NCBI GenBank assembly: GCA_003220265.1
Contig: QHRW01000019.1
Coordinates: 1,043 to 65,042, forward strand
Length of the DNA stretch: 64,000 bases
DNA from: Candidatus Rokuibacteriota bacterium
GTDB taxonomy: Bacteria > Methylomirabilota > Methylomirabilia > Rokubacteriales > CSP1-6
Reading direction: 5' to 3'
Part shown: positions 29,760 to 37,593 of the stretch, piece by piece
Layout of the letters: every line of letters starts with the position of its first letter
How positions within the stretch are numbered: position 1 is the stretch's first letter
Made by a program: the position numbers and the translations under genes
The notes under the pieces: model-generated
The model's database searches: none
Told to the model about the DNA's origin: nothing
The model's input: only the letters and a program-made list of their open reading frames with translations

Positions 29760-31171
29760 GCCTGCGACGGGCGGGCCTCGTCGCGCTCGCCGCGCTCGTC
29801 GTCGGCGGCTGCATGGTGGGCCCCGAGTACACGAAGCCCTCGGTGCCCATGACGCCGGCGTACAAGGAGGCCGACGGCTGGAAGACCGCGACGCCCAGCG
29901 ACCATCTGCCGCGGGGCCAGTGGTGGACGATCTTCGGCGATCCCGACCTCGACGGACTGGAGGTCGAGATCGCCACGGCCAACCAGAATCTGAAGATCGC
30001 GGAGGCCCGGCTGCGCGAGGCCCGGGCGCTGGTCCGGTTCAACCGGGCCGCGCTGTTTCCCACGATCTCGGCCGGGGCCGGCGCCAGCTCCATCCGCGAC
30101 TCCGCGAACCGGCCCTTCCTGTCCCCCAGCGTGAGCACGGGCAGCAGCGGCGATCTGCTGCTCTCGCTCGACATGTCCTACGAGATCGATCTGTGGGGCC
30201 GCGTCCGCCGGACGGTGGCTGCCGCCCGGCGCGAGGCCGAAGCCACCGCGGCCGACCTCGAGACCGCGCGGCTCAGCCTGCAGGCCGAGCTGGCGATGGA
30301 CTACTTCGAGCTGCGCGCCGCCGACGCCCAGAAGCAGCTCCTGGACGAGACGGTCGACGCCTTCCGGGCGGCGCTGCGGCTCACGACGAATCGCTTCGAG
30401 GGCGGCGCCGCCCCCAGGTCCGACGTGGCCCAGGCGCAGACCCAGCTCGACACCACGCAGGCCCAGGCGACCGACGTCACCGTGCAACGGGCGCAGCTCG
30501 AGCACGCCATCGCCACGCTGATCGGTCGCCCGCCGGCGACCTTCAGCCTACCGCCGCGCCCGCTGTCGAGCTCGCCGCCGGACATCCCGCCCGGCCTGCC
30601 GTCGCAGCTCCTGGAGCGGCGGCCGGACATCGCCGCCGCCGAGCGCCGCGTGGCTGAAGCCAACGAGCAGATCGGCATCGCCAAGGCCGCGTACTACCCG
30701 ACCGTCATGCTCAACGCGTCGGTCGGATTCGAGGGCAGCTCCTTCGGCAACGTGCTGAACGCCGGCAGCCTCCTGTGGGCGGTGGGGGCGTCGATCACGC
30801 AGACGATCTTCGATGGCGGGCGCCGCCGTGCCACTTCGGACGCGGCCCGCGCCGCCTACGACGCGACGGTGGCCGGCTACCGTCAGACCACGCTGACGGC
30901 GTTCCAGCAGGTCGAGGACAACCTGGCCGCGCTCCGCGTCCTCGAGCAGGAGGGCCAGCAGCAGCGTCGCGCCGTGGTGTCCGCGCAGCAATCGCTCCAG
31001 CTCTTCACGAACCGGTACCGCGGCGGCGTCGACAACTACCTTCAGGTGATCACCGCGCAGACCGTGACGCTCACGAACCAGCGTACCGACATCGACATCC
31101 TCCGGCGGCGGATGGATGCCAGCGTGCTGCTGGTCAAGGCCCTCGGCGGCGGCTGGGAGGTCGACCGGTGA
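29756..31171 (+). CDS. efflux outer-membrane factor lipoprotein, NodT family
   Basis: 471 aa. Lipobox LVVGGC followed by MVGPEYTKP, and two OEP repeats. Confidence 0.9.
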   Translation: MSLRRAGLVALAALVVGGCMVGPEYTKPSVPMTPAYKEADGWKTATPSDHLPRGQWWTIFGDPDLDGLEVEIATANQNLKIAEARLREARALVRFNRAALFPTISAGAGASSIRDSANRPFLSPSVSTGSSGDLLLSLDMSYEIDLWGRVRRTVAAARREAEATAADLETARLSLQAELAMDYFELRAADAQKQLLDETVDAFRAALRLTTNRFEGGAAPRSDVAQAQTQLDTTQAQATDVTVQRAQLEHAIATLIGRPPATFSLPPRPLSSSPPDIPPGLPSQLLERRPDIAAAERRVAEANEQIGIAKAAYYPTVMLNASVGFEGSSFGNVLNAGSLLWAVGASITQTIFDGGRRRATSDAARAAYDATVAGYRQTTLTAFQQVEDNLAALRVLEQEGQQQRRAVVSAQQSLQLFTNRYRGGVDNYLQVITAQTVTLTNQRTDIDILRRRMDASVLLVKALGGGWEVDR

Positions 31172-31473
31172 CCGGTCTTCGCAGGATCGCCCGCATCGTG
31201 GTCGCGGCGCTGGCGTTCGCGGGCGTGCTCCCTGCCGCATCCGGCGCCGGCGACGAGACCACCGTGCGGTTCAGCGCCCGGGTCTCGTGGATCGCCGCCA
31301 ACACCATGGTCGTCTCGACGGCGGACAGCCCCGCGCTCAGCATCGATCTCACGCAGGTGCCCCAGGACGAGTACCAGCGTCTGGTCACCGGCGCGTACGT
31401 GATCGTGACGGGCACGCTCGGATGGCGTCAGATCATGGCCACGTCCATCGAATCCCTGGAGCCAGAGACATGA
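31168..31473 (+). CDS. small secreted protein, OB-fold-like, coupled to the OMF gene
   Basis: 101 aa. The GTG start overlaps the OMF stop (GTGA). Has a signal peptide. Mature part ...VVSTADSPALSIDLTQVPQDEYQRLVTGAYVIVTGTL. Confidence 0.6.
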   Translation: MTGLRRIARIVVAALAFAGVLPAASGAGDETTVRFSARVSWIAANTMVVSTADSPALSIDLTQVPQDEYQRLVTGAYVIVTGTLGWRQIMATSIESLEPET

Positions 31474-31787
31474 GCAAGAGCCTCATCGCGGTCCTCCTCG
31501 CGTCCGGCCTCGCCGCCTTCGCCCAGCCGGCGCACGCCTTCATCGCGGAGGTGGCGACGTCCATCTCCGCCACCACGCTCGCCGACGACGCCCAGCTGGC
31601 GCAGGCCGTCGAGCAGGCCTTTCGCGACGTCCTCGAGCGGGCGATCGCCTTCACGCCCAGCATGGTCGAGCTGCAGGACGTCAAGCGCGTCGGCGACCGG
31701 GTCTACCTCCTCTTCCTCGTCGCCGACGCCGAGGGGGAAGAGACGCTGAAGGCGTTCGTCGACTCCCAAACGTCCCCGGCGGATTGA
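31470..31787 (+). CDS. small secreted hypothetical protein
   Basis: 105 aa. The ATG overlaps the previous stop (ATGA). Signal peptide MSKSLIAVLLASGLAAFAQPAHA. Confidence 0.6.
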   Translation: MSKSLIAVLLASGLAAFAQPAHAFIAEVATSISATTLADDAQLAQAVEQAFRDVLERAIAFTPSMVELQDVKRVGDRVYLLFLVADAEGEETLKAFVDSQTSPAD

Positions 31788-31809
31788 ACGCGCGCATCCA
31801 GCGGGTTCG

Positions 31810-32220
31810 TCAGGCGACCGGGCGGAACACGAGGTCGATGGCGAGCCACAGGGCCTTCGCGAACGGATAGAAGAGGATGGGCGTGACACACATCTGGACC
31901 ACGCCGATCCAGACCGCCGTCATCCACGCCGGCTCGGGCCACGTGATGACGATCACCACGGCCAGGATCAGCGCGAAGAGGACCTCGGTGACGATGAAGT
32001 TGAGCAGGTAGGCGCCGAGCCAGTAGTCCTCCTCCTCGTCCCGCTCGAAGCGCAGCCCGCATTGGGCGCAGGCCTCCCGGAGCTTGAACCACGACTGCAT
32101 CACCCGGCCGACGCCACACCGGGGACACCGCAGCCGCAGCGCGCGTGTGAGTGCTCGAGTCACGGGCCACCGAGGCCCCCCCGGTTCCTCATGGCGGCTG
32201 CCATGATACGATCCATCCAT
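31810..32220 (-). CDS. DUF983-like membrane protein with N-terminal zinc ribbon
   Basis: 136 aa. CPRCG...CAQCG followed by two TM helices. Start may be internal. Confidence 0.7.
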   Translation of the reverse strand: MDGSYHGSRHEEPGGPRWPVTRALTRALRLRCPRCGVGRVMQSWFKLREACAQCGLRFERDEEEDYWLGAYLLNFIVTEVLFALILAVVIVITWPEPAWMTAVWIGVVQMCVTPILFYPFAKALWLAIDLVFRPVA

Positions 32221-32264
32221 TTCCGGGGCGACGTGTCGTTCCAGGGGACGAGAGGAGAGAGGTC

Positions 32265-33719
32265 ATGCACAGGCCCGTCCGGTTTTCCGCTGACATCGAG
32301 CCGCTGGTGCAGTTCGTCGAGGAGACCGATCCGAAGCAGATCCTCGAGGCGACCCTGGGCAAGCTGCGGGACGGCCTGTCGGTCAAGAGGCTGCTGACCG
32401 CCTCCGCGCTGGCCGTCACCCGGTCCTCGGACCTTCCGCCCGGCCACCATGGCGGGCCCCTGCACCCGCTGGTCGGGATCCACGCGCTCCATCACACGGT
32501 CGCGCGCGTGTCGGGCGAGCAGCGCTTCCTGCCGATCCTTCAGCACGTGGCGCTGTCGAACAAGCACATCAACCACCCGAACATGGGCCCCTACATCCTG
32601 GCCGATGCCGAGCCCGCCGACGCCGGCGGCGTCGAGGCCACGAAGAAGGCGTTCTTCGCCTGCGTGGACCGCGGCCTGTACAACGGCGCGGATCGTCACT
32701 TCCTGTGGCTCTGGGACAACATCCCCCACGGCGAGGCGCTCGACCTCCTGCTGACGGTGGCGATCCCCAAGAACACGCTCGACGATCACTACTTCATCTT
32801 CCCGATGTTCACCTGGCGCGCCCTCGACTGGCTGGGACGCGAGCACACGAAGTTCCTGATGCGCCCGGCCGTCCGCTACGTCAGCCGCTTCCCGACGCCC
32901 CCCAAGCTCGCCGACATCGAGCCGCTGCTCGACGAGTACGAGCTGCTGAAGCGCCCGCTCGGGTTCCACACGAGCCCGGACGAGACGGTCGCGATCGGCC
33001 GCCTGGGTGAGGCGATCACCCGCTGCGATACGTACGCGGAGATCCCGCGGATGCTCGCGCGGGCGCTGGCGGATGGTCTGTCGCTGCAGGGCACCGGCGA
33101 AGCGCTGTCGGTCGGCGCCGCCGGCCTGTTCATGCGCTCGCTCACGGGCAATCCGATGGACGTGCACCTGCACACCGGCGCCAACCTGCGCCGCTACCTC
33201 CTGGAGCTCGACGGCGTCAGCCTCAAGAACAAGCTGCTGGCGCTGCTGACGTGGCACACCGGCCCCGAGGTGCGCTCGACGCAGAACCGCATGGAGCCAC
33301 CGCCCCAGCCGGATCCCGCGGCCGTCGCCGCGCTACCGCATCGCACCCAGACCGAGCTGCTCGATGCGCTGGCCGAGAGCATCTTCACGCAGCCGCCCAC
33401 CGACTGGTCGAAGGTGACCAATCTCGGGCTGATGCGCGCGGTGCCCGAGGTGAAGAACACCGTGAACCTCGCCCAGCAGTACGCCGACCTCGGCTACGAC
33501 CCGGACGTGCTGATCAGCCGGCTGGCCGAGATCGTCGTGCACGACAACTTCACCGAGATGCACGCCTTCAAGCACCACCAGGCGACCTTCGAGGAGTTCC
33601 ACGCCACCCGGCTGCCGTGGCGCTGGCGGCATCTCGTCAGCGCGGCCCAGGCCTCGGCGATCTCCTACGGCAAGAACATGGAGGTCTACGAGGAGGCCAT
33701 CGAGCTCCTGCACGCATAG
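32265..33719 (+). CDS. conserved-looking hypothetical protein (484 aa), His-rich motifs, no family recognised
   Basis: Internal ATG with a GAGGAGAGAGG RBS. High GC3. Motifs PPGHHGGPLHPLVGIHALHH, DDHYFIFPMF, MDVHLHTG and EMHAFKHHQ. No signal peptide or TM segment. Confidence 0.75.
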   Translation: MHRPVRFSADIEPLVQFVEETDPKQILEATLGKLRDGLSVKRLLTASALAVTRSSDLPPGHHGGPLHPLVGIHALHHTVARVSGEQRFLPILQHVALSNKHINHPNMGPYILADAEPADAGGVEATKKAFFACVDRGLYNGADRHFLWLWDNIPHGEALDLLLTVAIPKNTLDDHYFIFPMFTWRALDWLGREHTKFLMRPAVRYVSRFPTPPKLADIEPLLDEYELLKRPLGFHTSPDETVAIGRLGEAITRCDTYAEIPRMLARALADGLSLQGTGEALSVGAAGLFMRSLTGNPMDVHLHTGANLRRYLLELDGVSLKNKLLALLTWHTGPEVRSTQNRMEPPPQPDPAAVAALPHRTQTELLDALAESIFTQPPTDWSKVTNLGLMRAVPEVKNTVNLAQQYADLGYDPDVLISRLAEIVVHDNFTEMHAFKHHQATFEEFHATRLPWRWRHLVSAAQASAISYGKNMEVYEEAIELLHA

Positions 33720-33758
33720 GCCGCGCGGCGACTCGCGCGACGCATCCGGGTCGGCGCC

Positions 33759-34044
33759 TCACCGCGCCGATCCGGAGCCCTGCTGATCGCGCCCGCTCGC
33801 GCGGCTGCGCTGCCCGTCGAGGTACGACAGCACGGCGGTGATCTCCTCGTGATCCAGGCGCAGGTTCGGCATCGCGATGTTCCTGTATTTCGTCGTCACC
33901 GCTCCCGCCACGTCTCGAGCACCCGAGGAAAGCGGCCGAGCCCGGCGCTGTCGGGCATTCCCCGACACGGTGCGCGAAATCGCAGAACGTCGAAGGGTCA
34001 CCGTGTAATGTGATGGCCGCGGCGACGGGTTCCCGTGCCGACAA
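33759..34044 (-). pseudogene. remnant of a c-type cytochrome gene
   Basis: One frame gives ...GDPSTFCDFAHRVGE (degenerate CxxCH). A second frame gives ...VTTKYRNIAMPNLRLDHEEITAVLSYLDGQ, a typical class I cytochrome c C-terminus. There is no intact ORF with a signal peptide. Confidence 0.4.
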
Positions 34045-34055
34045 GGAGTGACGCG

Positions 34056-35132
34056 ATGCGATTCGGGCTCTTCGGCAGCGCGCAGGCGCGGCGGGGCGGC
34101 CCCGACGTCGACAGCGGCGTCGGGTTCCGCGAGTTCGTCGACTACAACGTGGAGGCGGAGTCGCTCGGCTTCGTCAGCACGTTCCTCGTCGAGCACCACT
34201 TCACCGGCTTGGGCCAGGTCTCGGCCACGCTGAATCTCCTCACCTTCATCGCCGCGCGCACCACGACGCTGCGGCTGGGCACGGCGGTGCTGGTCCTGCC
34301 CTGGCACAACCCCGTGCTCCTGGCCGAGCAGGTCGCCACGCTCGACTTGCTCTCACGCGGCCGGGTCGATTTCGGCGTCGGCATGGGCTATCGCCACAAG
34401 GAGTTCGCCGGCTTCTGCATGCCGATGGAGGAAGCCGAGGCGCGCTTCCACGAGTCGCTCGTCGTCATGCTCAGGGCCTGGACCTCCGACGAGCCGTGGT
34501 CGCACCACGGCAAGTACTGGCAGTTCGACGAGGTGGTCGTCGAGCCGCCGACGCACCAGAAGCCTCACCCGCCGCTCTGGATGGGCGCCGGCAGCCGCGA
34601 GTCCATCAAGACGGTGGCGGCGCTCGGCTGCAACCTGCTGCTCGACCAGTACTCGACGGTCGAGGAGATCGCCGAGCGCATCGCCGTCTTCAAGACCGAG
34701 ATCGGGCGGCGCGGGCGCCCGTTCGACCCCATGAGCGTCGCCGTCACCCGCTCGATCAACGTGCTGACCACGCCGGCCGAGCTCCAGAAGGCGCAGGAGA
34801 ACCGCATCGCCGCGAAGCGGCGCATCGACCGGCTGACCGTGCGTCCGGACGGACAGAACGCCAGGCGTGTGTCCTCCGACGAGACGATCGCGGCCAGCGC
34901 GCTCTACGGCACGCCGGAGGCCATCGCGCACAAGCTCGAGACCCTGCGCGCCGGCGGCGCCGCCTACATCCTGGTCAACTGCCCGGGCGGCGCCGCCGGT
35001 CTCCGCCGCTTCGCGCACGAGGTGCGCCCGTCGTTCGATGACATGGGGGGCCCAGACATGGCCCCCCATACCCCCCAGCGTTCGGACCGCCCCGGCGAAG
35101 CCGGATCGGCCCTCGTTAACCCGCCCGCCTGA
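34056..35132 (+). CDS. LLM-class (luciferase-like) flavin/F420-dependent oxidoreductase
   Basis: 358 aa from an internal ATG with an AAGGAG RBS. MRFGLF..., FLVEHHFTGLG and LLSRGRVDFGVGMGY. The last ~28 codons and the stop lie inside repeat copy B. Confidence 0.88.
   Translation: MRFGLFGSAQARRGGPDVDSGVGFREFVDYNVEAESLGFVSTFLVEHHFTGLGQVSATLNLLTFIAARTTTLRLGTAVLVLPWHNPVLLAEQVATLDLLSRGRVDFGVGMGYRHKEFAGFCMPMEEAEARFHESLVVMLRAWTSDEPWSHHGKYWQFDEVVVEPPTHQKPHPPLWMGAGSRESIKTVAALGCNLLLDQYSTVEEIAERIAVFKTEIGRRGRPFDPMSVAVTRSINVLTTPAELQKAQENRIAAKRRIDRLTVRPDGQNARRVSSDETIAASALYGTPEAIAHKLETLRAGGAAYILVNCPGGAAGLRRFAHEVRPSFDDMGGPDMAPHTPQRSDRPGEAGSALVNPPA
35045..35130 (+). repeat. dispersed palindromic element, copy B
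   Basis: Hairpin ATGGGGGGCC-CAGACAT-GGCCCCCCAT, then ...CGTTCGGACCGCCCCGGCGAAGCCGGATCGGCCCTCGTTAAC. Colinear with 9813-9900 in the same orientation. Confidence 0.75.
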
Positions 35133-35142
35133 CGACGAACGC

Positions 35143-35604
35143 TCAGGCTGGCAGCCGGAACCCCTGGCGCGCCAGGAGCTTCCACCCGCCGTCCTGCTTC
35201 TGCCAGACCTGGAGGGCGCCGATGCGGGTGGTCGTCGCCTTGCCGTCGAGCTCGGATTCGGCCAGGTAGATGTGGCGCGCGATGGCCGCCGGGCCGACCA
35301 CCGACACCTTGAGGTCGGGGAAGGCGAGCGACTTGACCACCTGCTTGCGGGTCAGCACACCCTTGATGAACTCTTCCTTGGTCTCGACGCGCCCGTCGGA
35401 GTGGCCGTAGCTGATCCGGTCGGACGTCACCTGCTCGAGCCCCGCCTTGTCAGCCTGGAGAATCGCCTTTCGCAGCGTCTCGACTCCCTCGGTCACCGCC
35501 GCCTCGTCCGAGGCCTGCGCGCTCGCGGAGCCGCCCAGCAACAGGCCAGAGGCGCCGAGCGCCAGCGCACCGGCCGCTACCACGTCACGACGTGATACGT
35601 TCAT
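35143..35604 (-). CDS. NTF2/SnoaL-like (DUF4440-type) protein, Tat signal
   Basis: 153 aa from an internal ATG with an AAGGAGGAG RBS. Signal SRRDVVAAGALALG. ATGA overlap with the upstream dehydrogenase stop. Confidence 0.7.
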   Translation of the reverse strand: MNVSRRDVVAAGALALGASGLLLGGSASAQASDEAAVTEGVETLRKAILQADKAGLEQVTSDRISYGHSDGRVETKEEFIKGVLTRKQVVKSLAFPDLKVSVVGPAAIARHIYLAESELDGKATTTRIGALQVWQKQDGGWKLLARQGFRLPA

Positions 35605-36605
35605 GGTCTCCTCCTTGAGGGTTGATCGTCCTCGAGCAGGCTCTTCAACTCTGGCACCATCCAGAGCGGCGCCTGCCCGGACTCCACGCGCTGGATGTTG
35701 TCGAAGCCGTTGCGGTACGCCCGCTCGTAGTTGTCCCAGGTCGGCCCGGCGCTGTGCGGCGTCAGCGTGACGTTCGGCAGCGAGAAGAGCGGGTGGTTCT
35801 TCTTGGGCGGCTCCTCCAGCATCACGTCGAGGCCGGCGCCGGCGATGGTGCCGGAGGTGAGCGCCTGGTGCAGCGCGTTCTCGTCGACCACGGGCCCCCG
35901 GCACGTGTTGACGAGGATCGCCGTGCGCTTCATCCGCGCGAACTGCGCGGTCGACATCATGTTGCGGGTGACGTCGTTCAGCGGCACGTGCAGCGTCACG
36001 ACGTCGGAGGTGCGCAGCAGCTCGTTGAAGAGCGCGAAGCGGACACCGAGCGCGTCCTCCTGGTCCGCGGTCAGCCGCACGACGTCGTAGTAGCGCACGT
36101 CCATCTCGAAGCCCTGCACGCGGCGCGCGACCTTCTTGCCGATGTTGCCGAGCCCGACGATGCCGAGCCGCTTGCCCTCCAGCTCGTAGGTACGAACGGA
36201 GGCGAAGTCGCTGGCGCGCCAGGTGCCGGACACGACGTTGAGGTGGTGATAGACGAGCCTCTTGAGCACGGCCAGCATCAGCATGACGGCGTGCTCGGCC
36301 ACGGCGATGGAGTTGGCGCCGCCGTTGTTGGCGACCGGCACCTTGGCCTTGCGGGCGGCCTCGAGGTCGACCCGGTCGTAGCCGGCGCTGGTGAGCTGCA
36401 CGAGCTTCAGCCGGGACGCCGCGCGGAAGAACTCGTTGCCGATGCCGGTGCGCGGCGAGCCCAGGTAGTACTCGGCGTCGCCGGCCTTGTCGTAGAACTC
36501 GGGCTTGCCGGGATCGACGACGACCAGCTCCATGCCGGGCGGCAGCAGCTCGCGGGCGATCTCCATGATGGGCTCGGTTTGCGGGGGCGTGATGATCTTG
36601 GCCAC
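35601..36605 (-). CDS. D-isomer-specific 2-hydroxyacid dehydrogenase family protein
   Basis: 334 aa from GTG 36605, which follows GAGGAGG. NAD fold LGIVGLGNIGKKVA. Catalytic region TLHVPL...LVNTCRG...TPH. Confidence 0.88.
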   Translation of the reverse strand: MAKIITPPQTEPIMEIARELLPPGMELVVVDPGKPEFYDKAGDAEYYLGSPRTGIGNEFFRAASRLKLVQLTSAGYDRVDLEAARKAKVPVANNGGANSIAVAEHAVMLMLAVLKRLVYHHLNVVSGTWRASDFASVRTYELEGKRLGIVGLGNIGKKVARRVQGFEMDVRYYDVVRLTADQEDALGVRFALFNELLRTSDVVTLHVPLNDVTRNMMSTAQFARMKRTAILVNTCRGPVVDENALHQALTSGTIAGAGLDVMLEEPPKKNHPLFSLPNVTLTPHSAGPTWDNYERAYRNGFDNIQRVESGQAPLWMVPELKSLLEDDQPSRRRP

Positions 36606-36692
36606 GGTTGCCTCCTCGGACGGGATGGTGCGAGACATTGTAGTCGCTGGCGCCATGCTACGATCGCCCATCATCGAACCGGGAGACTGACC

Positions 36693-37574
36693 ATGGCCGA
36701 GCTGACCCAGAGCGACATCGACCAGCGCGTGCTCGACCTCTACGACGAGTACTGCCACGGGGGCATCGATCGGCGCGAGTTCCTGCAGCGGGCGAGCGTG
36801 ATCACGGTCGGCGGCCTCGCCATGGCGCAGGCGCTCCTGCCCCGCTATGCGCTCGCGCAGACGATCTCCTTCACCGATCAGCGGATCAAGGCCCGGTACG
36901 TCACCTACCCCTCGCCCGGCGGCACCTCCGGCACCATGCGCGGGTACCTCGTGCAGCCGAGCGCACCGGGGTCGTTCCCCGCCGTCCTGGTGATCCACGA
37001 GAACCGCGGGCTCAACCCGTACATCGAGGACGTGGCTCGCCGCGTCGCCACCGAGGGATTCCTCGCCCTGGCTCCCGACGGGCTCTCGCCGGTCGGCGGC
37101 TACCCCGGGAACGACGACGACGGCCGTACGCTCCAGACCGGCCTCGACCAGGGCAAGCTACGCACGGACATGGCCAACAGCGCGCGCGTCTTGAAATCGC
37201 ACGCGCTGTCCACCGGCAAGCTCGGCGTCACGGGCTTCTGCTGGGGCGGCGGGACGACCAACTTCCTGGCGGTCGAGCTCGGCGCGGACCTGGGCGCGGC
37301 CGTGCCGTTCTACGGCGCGGCGGCCGAAACGGCGCGCGTGCCGGCGATCAAGGCCCCGCTGCTGATCCAGTATGCCGAGAACGACGAGCGCATCAACGCG
37401 ATGTGGCCCGCCTTCGAGACCGCCCTGAAGGCCGGCGGCGTCCAGTACGAGATGCACATGTATCCCGGCACCCAGCACGGCTTTCACAACAACTCGACGC
37501 CGCGCTACCACGAGCCTTCGGCCAAGCTGGCCTGGGAACGCACGATCGCGTTCTTCAAGAAGCACCTCGCCTGA
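36693..37574 (+). CDS. dienelactone hydrolase family protein, Tat-exported
   Basis: 293 aa from an internal ATG. Signal DRREFLQRASVITVGG. VLVIHENRGL and GVTGFCWGG (nucleophile Cys). Confidence 0.88.
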   Translation: MAELTQSDIDQRVLDLYDEYCHGGIDRREFLQRASVITVGGLAMAQALLPRYALAQTISFTDQRIKARYVTYPSPGGTSGTMRGYLVQPSAPGSFPAVLVIHENRGLNPYIEDVARRVATEGFLALAPDGLSPVGGYPGNDDDGRTLQTGLDQGKLRTDMANSARVLKSHALSTGKLGVTGFCWGGGTTNFLAVELGADLGAAVPFYGAAAETARVPAIKAPLLIQYAENDERINAMWPAFETALKAGGVQYEMHMYPGTQHGFHNNSTPRYHEPSAKLAWERTIAFFKKHLA

Positions 37575-37593
37575 GGATCGCCAGGCCTCGCGG

